A DNA stretch of 63,653 nucleotides, filler included, from Octopus bimaculoides (taxonomy: Eukaryota): NCBI RefSeq assembly GCF_001194135.2. It is 5 parts of 5 records of this genome, joined end to end, with 100 filler letters (N's around TTAATTAATTAA, not from the genome) between each part and the next. Parts side by side here need not be neighbours in the genome. Positions count along the whole stretch, not along the records: positions 47,233 to 54,268 come from NC_068985.1; positions 54,369 to 63,653 come from NC_069001.1; 3 more parts are not named here. One strand, written 5' to 3'. The first letter of the stretch is position 1. The number at the start of each line of letters is the position of its first letter. The notes beneath the pieces are model-generated. The model was not told the DNA's origin. It made no database searches and saw nothing but the letters and a program-made list of their open reading frames with translations. The position numbers and the translations under genes are program-made. Below are positions 52,980 through 63,653 of the stretch, piece after piece.

Positions 52980-53741
52980 GTAAGTTGAGGATTTTCAATT
53001 AAATTTCAATTGCCTACATTAAATCTAATGTTGAACTTTCTTGAGAGAAAGTAAAACACAATTGTAGTTTTATAAATTTACATCATTAGGTCATGTTGTT
53101 TTTTTTCTTCTGTTAATGTCAAAGCTTAGGCATGGCTGTGTGGTTGCAAAGCTTGCATCCCAACCATGTTGTCTTGGTTCAGTCCCATTGTGTAGCATTT
53201 TGGGCATGTCATCTATTCTAGCCCCAGTGAGTAGATTTGGTAGGCAGAAATCAAAAGAAAAGGTGGTGAGCTGGCAGAAACGTTGGTAAACAGAAACTGT
53301 GTGGAAGCCTCCTCCACCTGAATTACTTCTCTCTCCCCTTTCCTTTCTGTCTTAAAACTTGACCTATTTACCCAACACACATCTCTCACTTGATTTGGGA
53401 TATCCTTTAAATAAACCACACGCAGTATACTCCGGACACGATATGACATATATCCACCTTTGCTACAACAATTATCTCCGGAAAATACCCACAAGGATTA
53501 TTTACATGAATAGTTACTACTTGAATGAAGCTACACTCCAAGTACTGTTTTTTCTTTCTTCTTTCAGCACATCACACTCACTCTCACTTCCTACTATAAC
53601 TCTCCTCTTATAGATATAATAATCGATTCCTCTACTATTTCTGCATTGGATTTTCCCTGAAACAGCTGTAAGACTTTATCTATAAAATATATTTCTAACT
53701 TTGCCATTGTTCTCTTTATCCTTTTCTCTATTTATACATAC

Positions 53742-53772
<31 letters not shown>

Positions 53773-53789
53773 TTGCAGTCATCCATACA

Positions 53790-54065
53790 TGCAGGCATGT
53801 CCTTTTCAGGTGACGATGCATGTTAAATGCATTCAAGCCAGTGTCACATACTGTGCACTCATGCCAGTGCTGCATATACACACCTGTGCTGGTGGCATGT
53901 AACAAGCACCCATCATACTCTGTAAAGTGGTTGGCATTAGGAAGGGCATCCAGCTGTAGAAACCATGTCAAAATCAGACAACTGGAGTCTGGATAGCTCT
54001 TCAGCTGGCCAGTTCCTGTCAAACCGTCCAACGCATGCCAGCATGGAAAATGGATGCTGCTGCTG
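53790..54065 (+). mobile_element. RTE-type 3' tail fragment (LINE 3' UTR or RTE-dependent SINE)
   Basis: GGCATTAGGAAGGGCATCCAGCTGTAGAAAC...TGCCAGCATGGAAAATGGATG plus a short triplet tail. This resembles the end of the 48413-49280 element. Confidence 0.65.
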
Positions 54066-54102
54066 CTGATGAATATATATATATATATATATATATATAA
54101 TA

Positions 54103-54268
54103 GGTGCAGGGATGTCTTTGTGGTAAGTAGCTTGCTTACCAACTACATGGTTCCGGGTTCAGTCCTACTGCGTGGCACCTTGGGCAAGTGTCTTCTACTA
54201 TAGTCTCAATCTGACCAAAGGCTTGTGAGTGGATTTGGTAGATGGAAGCTGAAAGAAACCTGTTGTTT
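54103..54268 (+). mobile_element. SINE family A 5' half, CpG-decayed, cut by the scaffold join
   Basis: Matches the family A head and CORE-like region. Shorter fragments lie at 50808-50885, 52166-52330, 53128-53262, 20872-20955 (-) and 1065-1150 (-). Confidence 0.85.
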
Positions 54269-54368
54269 NNNNNNNNNNNNNNNNNNNNNNNNNNNNNNNN
54301 NNNNNNNNNNNNTTAATTAATTAANNNNNNNNNNNNNNNNNNNNNNNNNNNNNNNNNNNNNNNNNNNN
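54269..54368. other. Artificial scaffold-join linker
   Basis: 44 N + TTAATTAATTAA (54313-54324) + 44 N. It cuts a SINE copy inside a NUBP2 intron. Confidence 0.95.
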
Positions 54369-54386
54369 TCGTCGTCGTCGTCGTCG

Positions 54387-54437
<51 letters not shown>

Positions 54438-55033
54438 ACAACAACGAGGGAACTTCTATGTTGTCATTCTTAATGTCTAAAACGACACCCGGAAGAATAA
54501 CACCAGAAATTTCTGAAGATTCTTAATATGTGCATCAAAGGATGCCTAGGCTGGCGTAAACATTGATTTTAACAAAGATTTAGACAAGATCGAACGAGAA
54601 ACCAGGTGATACAAGTTACAAACAATATTGGCCTGTCAGAAATGTTGTGGATTTGGGGTTTATGACTTTGTGAAGCATTCAAATGAAATTGTGTTGGTAA
54701 GGGGTGATATATGTGAAAGGTGTGCAGGAAAAATGTGGTGTACAACGACGTTCCCGTTTTGTGTCCCCCTGTTTGTTCCTCAGATTATTAAACGTGATAC
54801 ATATTTGCAATCGGCCCCACCTCATATACACGTACACACACACAATGATGAAAGGCATGTGACTATACATACATAGATACACACATACATACACATAATA
54901 CTTACATACATACAAACATATATATATATACATACATATTTATGTGTGTGTGTGTATGAGTGTGTAGCGAGAGAGAGAGAGATTGTTTGATAGATACGTA
55001 CATGTATTCATGCATATATAGAGCAAACACACA

Positions 55034-55082
<49 letters not shown>

Positions 55083-55449
55083 AAGCACACAGATATATAG
55101 ATAGATAGATAGGCAGGCACACAGAGAAACAGACAGACAGAAAAGCAGATAGATAATTGAATAGACAGATAGATATAAATAATATGTGTGTACGTGTGTG
55201 CGCACGTGTGTATACGTAGTTGTATGTTGAAATTAGCAGAAAGCAAAAACAAATATCAAAGTATACGAGAGACGCTTACGATCAATATTGTTATGTTGAC
55301 GCCCAATGAAGTCGCATAGAATGGAAAGAGTAAAATTTATAACGTTTCGGACATATTTTCATTCTTCAGGTATTAGACGAATGTCCCGGAAAACCTGGGA
55401 AGAGGCAGAAGAAAATAATATAAATAATATATATGTGTATGTGTTATTT

Positions 55450-55645
55450 CTTTACAACCCACAAGGGGCTACACACACAAAGGGGACAAACAAGGACAGA
55501 CAAACGGATTAAGTCGATTACATCGACCACAGTGCGTAACTGGTACTTATTTAATCGACCCTGAAAGGATGAAAGGCAAAGTCGACTTCGGCGGAATTTG
55601 AACTCAGAATGTAACGGCAGACGAAATACTGCTAAGCATTTCGCC
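55450..55645 (-). mobile_element. SINE family B, tail type 2, truncated by gap
   Basis: Near-identical to 58340-58530. Other family B copies or fragments: 4130-4205 (-), 5025-5135 (+), 12385-12535 (+), 17289-17420 (+), 32557-32655 (+), 34215-34320 (-), 36590-36760 (-), 41995-42210 (-). Confidence 0.85.
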
Positions 55646-56056
55646 NNNNNNNNNNNNNNNNNNNNNNNNNNNNNNNNNNNNNNNNNNNNNNNNNNNNNNN
55701 NNNNNNNNNNNNNNNNNNNNNNNNNNNNNNNNNNNNNNNNNNNNNNNNNNNNNNNNNNNNNNNNNNNNNNNNNNNNNNNNNNNNNNNNNNNNNNNNNNNN
55801 NNNNNNNNNNNNNNNNNNNNNNNNNNNNNNNNNNNNNNNNNNNNNNNNNNNNNNNNNNNNNNNNNNNNNNNNNNNNNNNNNNNNNNNNNNNNNNNNNNNN
55901 NNNNNNNNNNNNNNNNNNNNNNNNNNNNNNNNNNNNNNNNNNNNNNNNNNNNNNNNNNNNNNNNNNNNNNNNNNNNNNNNNNNNNNNNNNNNNNNNNNNN
56001 NNNNNNNNNNNNNNNNNNNNNNNNNNNNNNNNNNNNNNNNNNNNNNNNNNNNNNNN

Positions 56057-56091
<35 letters not shown>

Positions 56092-56315
56092 ATAAAGTTC
56101 TAGATACTCTATACATTTGAACGATGGATAATATTATGCACACCGCCACACTATTTCATGTCCTCCATTACGGGAAAAAGTAAAAATTTTCGTTTCGTTC
56201 CTGACTTGGCCATAATTGTCTTTGCAGTTCAATGTTTGTCGAAACCTATTCATAGATTCCACCTAATTGCCAACTGCTCAACTCGCTTATTGAATTAAAA
56301 TTTACATATAACCAG

Positions 56316-56563
56316 TGCGTGTCAAGTCGACCCAGTGTGACTCCATGCTGGTTTTGGCATGTTGGTAGAGTGTGGAGGACTGTATTTTGTCGTAATATTG
56401 TCTCAAATGTACATTTAATCTATCTCTCTTCAATGCTTCTAGCTGTCTCACCAATGTATGTCATGAACACTTGAGACAATATGACGAAAAAAACTGTCCT
56501 CCATACTCTACCAACATGCCAAAGACCAAAATGGAGTTACACTGGGTCGACTTGACATACGCA
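56316..56563. repeat. Long imperfect inverted repeat (~97-bp arms, ~50-bp loop)
   Basis: TGCGTGTCAAGTCGACCCAGTGTGACTCCATG...TTGTCTCAAATGTAC pairs with TGAACACTTGAGACAATATGACG...GGGTCGACTTGACATACGCA. Confidence 0.9.
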
Positions 56564-58174
56564 TTTTATCCAAGCACCCGAAGTACCCAGCACTCAGACA
56601 AATACAGGAGTACTTCCTCAAAAATAAAGCATTCCCCTTACTAAATAGGAGATACACATAGAAGCTAGTGATACTCCAATATCCACAGTTTATACATACC
56701 CAGGTAGATTTGTTAGTAGGCTGTTATGTAGGCGAATATATATATNNNNNNNNNNNNNNNNNNNNNNNNNNNNNNNNNNNNNNNNNNNNNNNNNNNNNNN
56801 NNNNNNNNNNNNNNNNNNNNNNNNNNNNNNNNNNNNNNNNNNNNNNNNNNNNNNNNNNNNNNNNNNNNNNNNNNNNNNNNNNNNNNNNNNNNNNNNNNNN
56901 NNNNNNNNNNNNNNNNNNNNNNNNNNNNNNNNNNNNNNNNNNNNNNNNNNNNNNNNNNNNNNNNNNNNNNNNNNNNNNNNNNNNNNNNNNNNNNNNNNNN
57001 NNNNNNNNNNNNNNNNNNNNNNNNNNNNNNNNNNNNNNNNNNNNNNNNNNNNNNNNNNNNNNNNNNNNNNNNNNNNNNNNNNNNNNNNNNNNNNNNNNNN
57101 NNNNNNNNNNNNNNNNNNNNNNNNNNNNNGGGAGATGGGTAGATAGGTAATACGGACAGACAAGCAAACACACATACACACACAAAAGGAGAGGGAAACA
57201 CATTACCACATACACACAAGAAGACATATGGAAACACATCCATACATAACAAATGCATGTACATAGTCATACAAACACATACACACACACGTACAAACAC
57301 GCTAACATGCACACACAAACGCATGAATATGCAGAATATATACATACAAACGTACACACACGCATGCATATATATATATATATATGCATACGCGCATACA
57401 CACGCATACATACATACATACGTACATACATACAAACATACATACATACATATGTGTATACACATGCACACCGACGCACACACATGCGCACAAACAAATA
57501 AAAAAAACGTAGCTCCGATAACAGACAGAGTGAACGACGACTGAAGAGGTTGCAAGAAGCAACGAAAATTTTAAGAAAGAAAAATAATGAGAGGAAATTG
57601 AACCGGTGTGTGTGTGTTAATCAATAAGGCATTAAAACAGTATGACTCTCCCAAGACACAGAAAAATATGCTTCAATATACGAATTCACATAAAGAATCT
57701 TCCAAACTAAATACAAAGACAAAATTTTACATTGTGCAAACGTAGTATAGAACACAATACGCTGGGTGGAGTTCATGAGTGTATAATAGTGTTTCTGAGT
57801 ATCAATCATGATGTATTTGGCTGGAACTTCTATGTAATATATCACTATTGAAATATATTCTTTTTTCTGAAGAGACTCTCCGGTTTCTCCTTAAAATCAC
57901 ATAGTTTCATGTCGAAAAATAGTCGACATAATAGATACTATATTCCTAGGCACCTTAAACCTGAAATAAAACTGGATGGTCGTAGACACATCCGTAATAG
58001 CTTTCATTAAAGGTCTAATTTATTATTATCTAGCTGGGGCTAAATTACGTGTTCATCTATTGCTATTGTAGAAGTTTTCAAATAATCGGTCCTTCCAATT
58101 TCCAGATTTTGGGACCATCCACTTCTAGATATACGTTTTTCATTCGACCATTAAGATTTAAACGGGTTAAAGTT

Positions 58175-58556
58175 ATTCTTTTCTACGCAAGGCACAAGGC
58201 CCGAAATTTTGGGAGAGGGGCCAGTCGATTAGATCGACCCCAGTGTGTAACTGGTACTTAATTTATCTACACCGAAAGGATGAAAGGCAAAGTCGACCTC
58301 GGCAGAACGTAACGGCAGACGAAATACCTATTTCTTTACTGCCCACAAGGGGCTACACACAGAGGGGACAAACAAGGACAGACAAACGGATTAAGTCGAT
58401 TATATCGACCCCAGTGCGTAAATGGTACTTAATTTATCGACCCCGAAAAGATGAAAGGCAAAGTCGACCTCGGCGGAATTTGAACTCAGAACGCAGTGGC
58501 AGACGAAATACGGCTAAGCATTTCGCCCGGCGTGCTAACGTTTCTGCCAGCTCACT
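58175..58556 (-). mobile_element. Two tandem SINE family B copies with different tails
   Basis: 58175-58325 is head-deleted with tail type 1. It abuts 58330-58556, which is full length with tail type 2. Confidence 0.85.
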
Positions 58557-60124
58557 ATGTGGAAATTTGTGAAACCATTTCAATTACTAGTTTCAAGTTT
58601 GTATCTGATTTGAATAGCGATTTACTATTGATTTCAGACGTAGAATGATGAGGGGGGCTTATCTTGTGGTGAGTGGCCAGGGTAATTTCCATATATTTTT
58701 CTGTGTGAAAAGAATAATAGGTTGTATTTATATGTTTCCTTTTCACAATAATAATGTGAGTGCCATCTTCTACACACAACTTCATTCATACATGTATACC
58801 CCTATAATTGTAACTGTACTTAGAAAGCTGTAATATATTTTATTAAAGTCCAGTCAGATATTAATACTACTCTTAGTACTTACATCAGTCTCACAGATTG
58901 TTGTTTTAAAATTCTTTCCTGGTCTATCTAAGATTGGATGTTACATTTTTTAAGAAACAAAATCTGTAAACTTTAAAATCTGATGCTCGGTCATGTAATT
59001 CCTTAAGTACGTAGAAATTATTGTTTAGATCGCCATTGCATGTTTTGTTTTCATTGAGAAATAGTTGGGTTTCAGTTCAGGATGAGGACAGACTAAAGTC
59101 AGTGTCCAGAATTGCTAGACTATTGCAAACATGCTTCTCAGATTTTACTTCGTAATTATGTATCTCCAAACGGTAACATGAAACCGCGAAAAGTATACAG
59201 AGANNNNNNNNNNNNNNNNNNNNNNNNNNNNNNNNNNNNNNNNNNNNNNNNNNNNNNNNNNNNNNNNNNNNNNNNNNNNNNNNNNNNNNNNNNNNNNNNN
59301 NNNNNNNNNNNNNNNNNNNNNNNNNNNNNNNNNNNNNNNNNNNNNNNNNNNNNNNNNNNNNNNNNNNNNNNNNNNNNNNNNNNNNNNNNNNNNNNNNNNN
59401 NNNNNNNNNNNNNNNNNNNNNNNNNNNNNNNNNNNNNNNNNNNNNNNNNNNNNNNNNNNNNNNNNNNNNNNNNNNNNNNNNNNNNNNNNNNNNNNNNNNN
59501 NNNNNNNNNNNNNNNNNNNNNNNNNNNNNNNNNNNNNNNNNNNNNNNNNNNNNNNNNNNNNNNNNNNNNNNNNNNNNNNNNNNNNNNNNNNNNNNNNNNN
59601 NNNNNNNNNNNNNNNNNNNNNNNNNNNNNNNNNNNNNNNNNNNNNNNNNNNNNNNNNNNNNNNNNNNNNNNNNNNNNNNNNNNNNNNNNNNNNNNNNNNN
59701 NNNNNNNNNNNNNNNNNNNNNNNNNNNNNNNNNNNNNNNNNNNNNNNNNNNNNNNNNNNNNNNNNNNNNNNNNNNNNNNNNNNNNNNNNNNNNNNNNNNN
59801 NNNNNNNNNNNNNNNNNNNNNNNNNNNNNNNNNNNNNNNNNNNNNNNNNNNNNNNNNNNNNNNNNNNNNNNNNNNNNNNNNNNNNNNNNNNNNNNNNNNN
59901 NNNNNNNNNNNNNNNNNNNNNNACCACCACCACCACCAAAACTACCACAACCACCACCACTACAACTACCACAACCACTACCATCAATGCCATCACTACC
60001 ACCACCATCATCCCCATCGCCACCGCCTCCTTAACACCACGGTCATCATCACCACAACCGCCATCACCACTTGGAGCCAAACTAACAATTCTATCCTGAT
60101 ACCACTGCAATTACCATTTTAGTT

Positions 60125-60800
60125 GATGTTAGAATCTTGTGAGTTTTAATGTATATGAAGTGGATTTCTTCTATAGGCCAGTTAAGTATCCCCAATATTG
60201 GAATCAGCACTGGTACTGTAAATGCATTATGGAATATTGTCTTGTTTTAGAAGAGAGTTCGGATTGACATATTCTTCTTAGTCTGGTGTAATATTCTTTG
60301 GTCACTCTGTCTTTAATTCATAGTACCTTAGTAAGATATATTTCCATTAATGCCAAGGTACTTGTAGCATTCTTTGTGTGGGACAGGAAAGCTAGCGAGA
60401 CCAGTGATGCAGAGGTTTTATGTCTCGGAGACTAATTTTCCCCGTTCAATAATTAAATAAGAATATTTCTTCTGGCCAAATGCCATTACTATGTCAGCTG
60501 AAAATATTGTTAATTCCACTTGCTTTTTGGCACTGTTAACATTTTTAATATCAATCTTAAGGTCATCAACAAAGAAATTATAGGTTACATTAGTATTTCT
60601 TGCAGTTACAACACCTAGCTTGTAGCCATGTGTTCTTTGTAGCAGGAATGACGATGGGTGTAACACCAAAATGAACAGAAGTAAAGAGAGACTATTTCCA
60701 TGGATTATTCCCTTTGTGACATTCGAGAAGATCGCTCCACTTTCTGTTCTAAGAGGCACATGTCTTTGCTTGCCTCTCAGTGGCAGCGCCCAAATGGAGA
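60125..60800 (-). mobile_element. RLE-type non-LTR retrotransposon (R4/Dong-like) RT remnant
   Basis: GIIHGNSLSLLLFILVLHPSSFLL (IFQGDSLSPLLF-like), FFVDDLK, FGQKK, then YKYLGI and KEYYTRLRRICQSELSSKNK. Contains frameshifts. Confidence 0.85.
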
Positions 60801-60823
60801 CACTTCAGCAACAATGAGTGAGG

Positions 60824-60859
<36 letters not shown>

Positions 60860-61321
60860 NNNNNNNNNNNNNNNNNNNNNNNNNNNNNNNNNNNNNNNNN
60901 NNNNNNNNNNNNNNNNNNNNNNNNNNNNNNNNNNNNNNNNNNNNNNNNNNNNNNNNNNNNNNNNNNNNNNNNNNNNNNNNNNNNNNNNNNNNNNNNNNNN
61001 NNNNNNNNNNNNNNNNNNNNNNNNNNNNNNNNNNNNNNNNNNNNNNNNNNNNNNNNNNNNNNNNNNNNNNNNNNNNNNNNNNNNNNNNNNNNNNNNNNNN
61101 NNNNNNNNNNNNNNNNNNNNNNNNNNNNNNNNNNNNNNNNNNNNNNNNNNNNNNNNNNNNNNNNNNNNNNNNNNNNNNNNNNNNNNNNNNNNNNNNNNNN
61201 NNNNNNNNNNNNNNNNNNNNNNNNNNNNNNNNNNNNNNNNNNNNNNNNNNNNNNNNNNNNNNNNNNNNNNNNNNNNNNNNNNNNNNNNNNNNNNNNNNNN
61301 NNNNNNNNNNNNATGTATATA

Positions 61322-61354
<33 letters not shown>

Positions 61355-61384
61355 GTATGTATGTATATATATGTATGTATGTAT

Positions 61385-61566
61385 ATGTGTGTGTATGCAT
61401 ATGGTCGTGTGTTTCTGTTTTCCTCCCACAACATAGCTTGACAAAAGAGACTGATAGGATAATTACTAGGCTTAGTGGAAGTCGTGGTGTCGATTTGCTC
61501 GACTAAAGACAGTGCTCCAGCATGGCCACAGTCAAACGACTGAAGCAAATAAAAGAATAAAAGAAT
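61385..61566 (+). mobile_element. SINE family A 3' half
   Basis: Matches the 3' half and AAAAGAAT tail of family A. Confidence 0.8.
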
Positions 61567-61619
61567 ATAGACACACACTCGCACTCGCACACATATATAT
61601 ACACATACACACACTGCGT

Positions 61620-62345
61620 AAGTACGGATCTTGAATAATTGAAGAAGCCGATTCGAAGACTACAGATCAAAGCTACTGGAACTGTAAAAGTCTGTAAAAC
61701 ATTCCAGAAGTTTATCATTTAAGTGTATATGAGCATGTCTATCATGTAGCTATGTGCGTATAATACATACGCAAAAAACATACAAATCTGCACATATACA
61801 TATATAGACATAAAAAATTCTGTGTTGATGTTGTTGATATTCCAACGAAGGAAGCTTGTGTCTAGGTTAGAAACCGGCTATAATCTTGAAATAAGAATCA
61901 CAAGCATAGAAGACTACAGATTCAAGCCATCAATGGAACTGTAAAGATATGTAAAACTTTCCAAAAATTTAGCACATAAATACATATGCATGCATCTAGA
62001 CATAAAAACGCATCCATAGAACAAACATACAAATCTGCGCATACACTAACACCAAATACTGCACACACACACATATGCACAAATACCTAGATGGTGTTGA
62101 TAAAAGTTCCAATGAAGGAGCCTTGAATCTATGTTAGAGTCCGGCTCTTTCTCTATGGACAAGAAATACAGAAATGAAACTGATTGATAACATACATACA
62201 TACATACATACATACATACATACATACATTCATACATACAATAATATCCTTTTGTTGATGTTGAAATTCCAATGATGGTGCCTTGGAACTAGTTTAGAAA
62301 ACGGTTCTGTATCTATTGGCAAAAAATATTGAAATAAATATGAAT
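61620..62345 (+). repeat. Degenerate tandem array of a ~120-260-bp repeat
   Basis: GTTGATG..TTCCAA.GAAGGA.C.TTG..TCTAGGTTAGA..CCGG recurs at about 61826, 62094 and 62253. GAAGACTACAGAT..AAGC...TGGAACTGTAAA recurs at about 61655 and 61910. Confidence 0.7.
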
Positions 62346-62473
62346 GACATACATACATATATACATGCATGCATGCATACATATATAAGTACATACATAC
62401 ATACATGTATATATATACATATATATATATATATATGTATCTGTTTCTTTTTCAGTTTATGTGTATATATATG

Positions 62474-62870
62474 GGCGTAGGAGTGACTACGTGGTAAGTA
62501 GCTTGCTTACCAACCACATTGTTCTGGGTTCAGTCCCTCTGCGTGGCACCTTGGGCAACTGTCTTCTACTATATGCCTCGGACCGAGCAAGGCTTTGTGA
62601 ATTGATTTCGTTGGCAAAAACTGAAAGAAGCCCGTCGTATTTGTGTGTGCATGTGTGTGTGTGTGTGCTTGTCTGTCTGTTTTTGTGCCCCCACCATCGC
62701 TTAACAACCGCTGCTGGTGTGTTTACGTCTGCGTAACTTAGCGGTTCGGCAAAAAGGGGCTGATAGAATAAGTACTGGGCTTACAAAGAATAAGTCTTGG
62801 GGTTGATTTGTTCGACTAAAGGCGGTGCTCCAGTATGGCTGCAGTCAATTGACTGAAACAATAAACAAAT
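62474..62870 (+). mobile_element. SINE family A, full length
   Basis: Co-linear match to 39095-39485. Confidence 0.9.
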
Positions 62871-63076
62871 ATAGGAATATATATATGTGTGTGTGTGTGC
62901 GTGTATGTGTGAGAGTGTGTGTGTGTGTGTAGATTAATAGATAGATAGATAGCGAAAGAGAAGGAGAGAGATAACGCACAACAAAAGATACCATAAACAT
63001 ATAAACACACAAATGCTGACACACATCCACACATCCACACACACATACACACACACATACACACACACAGACACAC

Positions 63077-63111
<35 letters not shown>

Positions 63112-63499
63112 CACACACACATACAATTACACCCACCCACTCACACATGCACTCACACACACACACGCACAAACATTCATGCACGCTGGATAAAACATCC
63201 TATCAGACAATATCATAGGTGGCGCTAGCGAGCAAAAGCAACTCGTACCGCGAACCAGACTTCCATAATGGAAGATTGAAACAAAGGAAATTTGTGAGAT
63301 CCATCCTTGCTGCCGCTGCTGCTGCTGGTATTATTTGCTGGAATCCTGAACGATTTGTCTGTGTGTCACTGTTTGACTTTTTCCCATGGTCACTAGAGAA
63401 AAACAACTTTGGTATTTATCACAAACTAAACGGAAACCAACGATTCTAATGATGCAAGATACTGCAGCATCCATATCCTATGAAGAGGGGGTGGGTGAC

Positions 63500-63653
63500 A
63501 TATCGGTGGTAGTGGTGGTGGTGGTGGTGGTGGTTGTAGTAGTGATGCTTGTAGTGGTGGTGGCAGAGATAGTGGTGGAGATTATGGTGATCATGGTGGT
63601 GGTGGTGGTGGTGGTGGTGGTGGTGGTGGTGGTGATGGCTGTGTTGGACTTGG
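63500..63653. repeat. (GGT)n microsatellite
   Basis: Read directly. Confidence 0.95.

Noticed and set aside
57541-57572. Hammerhead-like CTGAAGA-G-GTTGC(AAGAA)GCAAC-GAAA
   Set aside because: Core and stem II look right, but I find no stem I partner or valid cleavage triplet geometry after GAAA. The upstream flank resembles repeat family C.
63185-63480. Overlapping ORFs on both strands with poly-Ala (63203-63406, 63219-63449)
   Set aside because: The poly-Ala comes from a short (GCT)n run. There is no recognisable domain or paired splice sites, though the island is non-repetitive.
1-63653. The many ORFs rich in H/T/Y/I/C/V/X or poly-D/H/S/M in the supplied track
   Set aside because: They are translations of (CA)n, (TA)n, (CAT)n and similar microsatellites, SINE bodies and N gaps, not genes.

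Overview
This is repeat-dense eukaryotic DNA from a draft assembly, about 6 kb of it N. The SINE families and extreme microsatellite load point to an octopod cephalopod, probably Octopus (inference from recall, not a search). Four 100-bp artificial linkers (44 N + TTAATTAATTAA + 44 N) split the window into five joined pieces: 1-24894, 24995-28850, 28951-47132, 47233-54268 and 54369-63653. The only host gene I can support is two + strand coding exons of NUBP2/CFD1 (52003-52127, 52891-52979); its start and downstream exons are not visible. The rest is microsatellites, tRNA-derived SINEs, decayed LINEs (RTE, R4/Dong-like), mariner and pogo remnants, and MITEs. One decayed Penelope-like element (PLE) has its N-terminus, RT, thumb and GIY-YIG pieces co-linear over 27.0-31.7 kb. 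The most interesting signal is a tRNA-headed (Pol III A/B box) short element carrying a minimal type I hammerhead ribozyme. One copy has an intact core (49886-49931) and one has a U4C change (13345-13390). Further hammerhead-like relics and several fold-back duplications of PLE-like tails occur. Also notable: a perfect 96-bp inverted copy inserted into a SINE, and a CpG-decayed domain around NUBP2. Almost all ORFs in the supplied track are microsatellite or N artefacts.
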